Assembly: GCA_965216565.1 (NCBI GenBank)
Contig: OZ244170.1
Location: forward strand, 544,001-608,000
Reading direction: 5' to 3'
DNA: 64,000 nt
Source: Bythopirellula sp.
Lineage (GTDB): Bacteria > Planctomycetota > Planctomycetia > Pirellulales > Lacipirellulaceae
The position numbers and the translations under genes were made by a program. The notes beneath the pieces were generated by a model. It was not told the origin of the DNA. It saw nothing but the letters and a program-made list of their open reading frames with translations, and searched no databases. Shown here piece by piece: positions 60,679 through 64,000 of the stretch (the stretch's first letter is position 1; every line of letters begins with the position of its first letter).

Positions 60679-62082
60679 TTAGAAATTTAATTCCCACTGG
60701 GTATAGAAAAAGTCTGCATCAGTCGGTGCAAGAATTTTGTTTCCTCGCCAGAAGTGTGACCAGCCAAATAGTACGTTGGATCGTGGGCCTATCTGATACT
60801 TGGCTATGATATCCAACTCGTCACCTAAATCCTTGCTTGTGATACTCTGTACCGGGGTGCCACCAATGGCAGGCACTACGTCTGAATCTTGATTGGCCAT
60901 TAGGTGCCAATACCAAAACAACAAATTTAGTTTCTCGGTAGGTTTCATGGTTAGTAGCACATTAGGTGATTCAACATTCGAGCGTTGTACTGCGTCGATA
61001 AAACCAAAGTACTTGTGAGCGAGTGGGAAGAGTTGATTGAAACGATTGAAATCGCCACCGATGTTGTTTCCTGAGGCATAGTCATAGTAGAACCACACCG
61101 TAGGCGACCAGGGGAGCATTGCGCTCATCTGCCGGCCAAGACCACACGTGCAGAAGGCCGCTTCGTGGTCGAGACCCAATCCGCTCTGTCGACCAAACTG
61201 AGGTCCACCTTCGAATTCGAATAGCCAATCGTCTAGGCCGCCGTTGATTCGCAGGCCCACCGTATGAAGAGAAAAGTCACCTGATCCTGGTACGGCTCCG
61301 GTAGGATTTTCGTTGTCGTAGCCGATATAGTACGTTTCAATCGAGAAATTCTCGAAGCCATTGTAAGTTGCATAACACCCATAAAAAGGTTGATCGTAGT
61401 CAGCTTCATCTAGATCATTAGGAACGACGGGAACCAGGTGCGTATAGAAGGCGTCAAGAGTCCAGTCTCCAAAGTTCGTCATTACCTTCACACCTTCAAA
61501 AGTCCGACGGACGTTGGCCCAGTCGAGAGGTGAGATAAGACGTTGATTTCCGTAAAGTAATTCTTGGCGTCCGATACGTGCCGACAGAGAATCAGTCAGC
61601 TTTAGTTCGGCAAACAGATTTAGGAAATCGCCGTAGTTGCGGTCAATTGCTCGCGGGGTATAGTTTCCACCATCATCTGATGCTTCAGCCAATATCGCTT
61701 CGGTATAGAACCGCAAACGTTCATTCACTTTCCAATTGCTATACAATCTCAGTCGCGTCAGGACGAAGTCTGTCTCGGTAGGCTGAAAACGTCCGAGTCC
61801 TTGCGATTGTCCCATCCCGCGTTCGTGATGATAGCGCGTGCGGAGCTGACCGCCCAGGTCAAGCGTTCCGTATTCGCCACCTGCCACTGGCATCAGCTTA
61901 AGGCAATCACCAAGGCAACTATCTTGATGAGAGTTGCTCTCGACATAACTGAAGTCATTGTTGAAATACAGTCCCTTGTGTGATGCCGCGCAAGGATTCG
62001 GCTGTGATGAGAACGCTATGTTGGATTCGTTCCAAGTGAATATGATTCCCACCATCAATGCTACGTAAAAAAGTCTTGACAT
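60679..62082 (-). CDS. Alginate-export-family outer membrane beta-barrel
   Basis: RIGRQELLYGNQRLISPLDWAN.RRTFEG; C-terminal F. Confidence 0.85.
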   Translation of the reverse strand: MSRLFYVALMVGIIFTWNESNIAFSSQPNPCAASHKGLYFNNDFSYVESNSHQDSCLGDCLKLMPVAGGEYGTLDLGGQLRTRYHHERGMGQSQGLGRFQPTETDFVLTRLRLYSNWKVNERLRFYTEAILAEASDDGGNYTPRAIDRNYGDFLNLFAELKLTDSLSARIGRQELLYGNQRLISPLDWANVRRTFEGVKVMTNFGDWTLDAFYTHLVPVVPNDLDEADYDQPFYGCYATYNGFENFSIETYYIGYDNENPTGAVPGSGDFSLHTVGLRINGGLDDWLFEFEGGPQFGRQSGLGLDHEAAFCTCGLGRQMSAMLPWSPTVWFYYDYASGNNIGGDFNRFNQLFPLAHKYFGFIDAVQRSNVESPNVLLTMKPTEKLNLLFWYWHLMANQDSDVVPAIGGTPVQSITSKDLGDELDIIAKYQIGPRSNVLFGWSHFWRGNKILAPTDADFFYTQWELNF

Positions 62083-62441
62083 CGCCGACTCCGCTGAAAC
62101 AGAACCTCAAGGTACGCTTGGCTAGAATTAGAATCGGGCGTTGCGTCAATTGAAAACAGTTCATCTGTTGCCACCCTAATAGATTGCCTAATAGAACCTC
62201 TGCAAGCGATTCTCGATGCAACTGGCATGGTTGCTCCTGAGGAGGTGTAGCATGCACGACCCAGAAAGAGTACCTTGACATCCTGTTGAGGTGATCCGTA
62301 CACTATTTGAATGTAAGTTCAGTCTCCAGAAATAGTTAAGTTGTTTCTATGCATGGTGGCCCTAGTTTCATCGCAATACTATCAATAACGACACTGTGGG
62401 CTAGATATTTCAGCTACGAACAAGCCGAGGATTAGCATCCA

Positions 62442-63134
62442 ATGATTCGCGGGGCTGCAAATGTGCATGGGCTCTATCTGGCGATTGGCATGCTAGCGGT
62501 TTGTTCAGGTGCCAGCTGGGTCTTCTACTCCATTTTCGCAGCCAATTCAGAGAATGAGATGCCGACTGGCTATCGGCCAAATGATTCCGCAGTGCTGACG
62601 GAGCAGGTCGAAGCCCCGAGCAAGCAATCCAAATTCCAAATCATAATTCGCAAGCCAGATGGACCACCTCGAATTGATTTAGGGATGATCGATTCAAATG
62701 GTGAGCCCGTGACGGGTGCCTGCTCCACTTGCCATACAACTCGACCTGCGGATCAGGCGAACCGTTCGGTTGCCGATCTCACTGAGTTTCACCAAGAACT
62801 TACCTTTACTCATGGCAACGTAAGTTGCCTCTCTTGTCACAATCCAGAAAACTACGATACGCTGCGGCTAGCAGACGGTAGCGCGGTCGAGTATGCCGAA
62901 GTCATGACGCTTTGCGCCCAGTGCCATGGTCCCCAAACTCGCGACTATCATCATGGTGCCCATGGTGGGATGAACGGCTATTGGGATCTCTCTCTAGGTC
63001 CACGCACTCGCAACAATTGTGTAGATTGCCACGCCCCTCATGCTCCAAGTTTTCCAGCAATGCAGCCAACTTTCAAACCACGCGATCGCTTTCTCACGGC
63101 TGACGATGAGATCGGAACTAAGAGCCATGAGTGA
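62442..63134 (+). CDS. Membrane-anchored tetraheme cytochrome c
   Basis: CSTCH, CLSCH, CAQCH, CVDCH; N-terminal hydrophobic helix. Confidence 0.9.
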   Translation: MIRGAANVHGLYLAIGMLAVCSGASWVFYSIFAANSENEMPTGYRPNDSAVLTEQVEAPSKQSKFQIIIRKPDGPPRIDLGMIDSNGEPVTGACSTCHTTRPADQANRSVADLTEFHQELTFTHGNVSCLSCHNPENYDTLRLADGSAVEYAEVMTLCAQCHGPQTRDYHHGAHGGMNGYWDLSLGPRTRNNCVDCHAPHAPSFPAMQPTFKPRDRFLTADDEIGTKSHE

Positions 63135-64000
63135 AAAACAGCCCAATGATGCTCAGAATGCAGCACCGGTCCAGAGTGATGTTCCATTGCTGCCAATTAT
63201 AAACAACGGCTCCTCGACCCGGCGGAATGTCATGAAAGGTGTGGGGCTAACGCTTGGGCTGGCAGCCTTTGGCAAAGCCATCTCGCCATTGGCAACGATT
63301 CCTGAAAATGTTTCGGTCGACGAGTTTCTCCAGCAGCACTACAAAGAACTGACAGAAGAGGAAAAGCAAGAAGTTCTGGCTCGACTAGAATCTGAGACAA
63401 AAGAGAACTACGACGCAGATGTTACCATCACCGATCATCGACCAATTCCCGGTGTGAAGTTCGGCTATGCCATCAATCTCAGCAAATGCAATGGCAACGG
63501 CAAATGTGTTGAGGCCTGTCATCAGGAAAACAACCATGATCGCTCGACAGACGAATCGTACATTCGAGTCCTTGAAATGGATAAAGGTTCGATGGATATG
63601 GAAACGGGCAATACGACGTACGATCACACCGTGCCACAGGACGACAAGTTCTATATGCCGGTGCAGTGCCAACAGTGCGACAATCCTCCTTGTGTGACGG
63701 TCTGCCCTGTCGAAGCGACTTGGAAAGAAGAAGATGGCATCGTGGTCGTCGACTACAACTGGTGCATTGGGTGTCGTTACTGTGAGGCTGCCTGCCCCTA
63801 CCATGCACGTCGGTTCAACTGGGAACAACCGACAATCCCCGCGGAAGAGGTCAATCAGGACCAAAGTTACCTCTCCAACCGCATTCGGCCCCAAGGAGTG
63901 ATGGAGAAGTGCCATTTCTGTTTGCACAGAACCCGCGAAGGTCGGCTACCCGCTTGCTTAGAGGCTTGCCCTACTGGGGCTCGTGTTTTTGGAGATTTGA
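63127..64000 (+). CDS. Tat-exported 4Fe-4S dicluster protein (NrfC/DsrO-like), truncated by window end
   Basis: My translation: STRRNVMK, CNGNGKCVEAC, CQQCDNPPCVTVCP, CIGCRYCEAACPY, KCHFC...PACLEACP. Confidence 0.9.
   Translation, partial: MSEKQPNDAQNAAPVQSDVPLLPIINNGSSTRRNVMKGVGLTLGLAAFGKAISPLATIPENVSVDEFLQQHYKELTEEEKQEVLARLESETKENYDADVTITDHRPIPGVKFGYAINLSKCNGNGKCVEACHQENNHDRSTDESYIRVLEMDKGSMDMETGNTTYDHTVPQDDKFYMPVQCQQCDNPPCVTVCPVEATWKEEDGIVVVDYNWCIGCRYCEAACPYHARRFNWEQPTIPAEEVNQDQSYLSNRIRPQGVMEKCHFCLHRTREGRLPACLEACPTGARVFGDL

Noticed and set aside
59850..64000. Second island at tRNA-Ser
   Set aside because: No integrase or att duplication visible; only a mild compositional shift.

Overview
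Bacterial chromosomal window, most likely a planctomycete. This is inferred from the groEL-groES-groEL-dnaJ-grpE-FmdB-yacG order, the split coaC/coaB genes, PEP-CTERM cargo and the Rrf2/porin/multiheme cluster. Bases 1-23.1 kb are the right part of an integrative, plasmid-like element abutting the 5' end of tRNA-Lys(UUU); its left boundary is outside the window. It carries a tyrosine integrase, an Xis-like HTH, parA/parB with twin palindromes, a wHTH protein, a RepA-like initiator with a helically phased iteron array, DUF932, two small SSB/PC4-like paralogues, topoisomerase III, PEP-CTERM and Flp pilin cargo, and an IS3 that splits a gene. The most striking feature is a ~1.4 kb ORF-free, densely structured minus-strand RNA (~9190->7810). 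It has group II intron hallmarks in permuted order (D5-D6, tiny exon, then D1), an atypical D5 with an inserted hairpin, two tandem candidate 3' splice sites, a large extra domain and no reverse transcriptase in the window. Bases 23.2-59.9 kb are core genome (chaperones, glgX, purM, argJC, coaBC, rpoZ-gmk-yicC, secG-tpiA, pheA, dnaK-clpB). The groEL and dnaK operons share sigma54 promoters and a TGCCAAANTGGCA palindrome. After tRNA-Ser(UGA) lies an Rrf2 / alginate-export-type porin / tetraheme cytochrome / Tat 4Fe-4S cluster running off the end. All calls are by eye; no database search or folding program was run.
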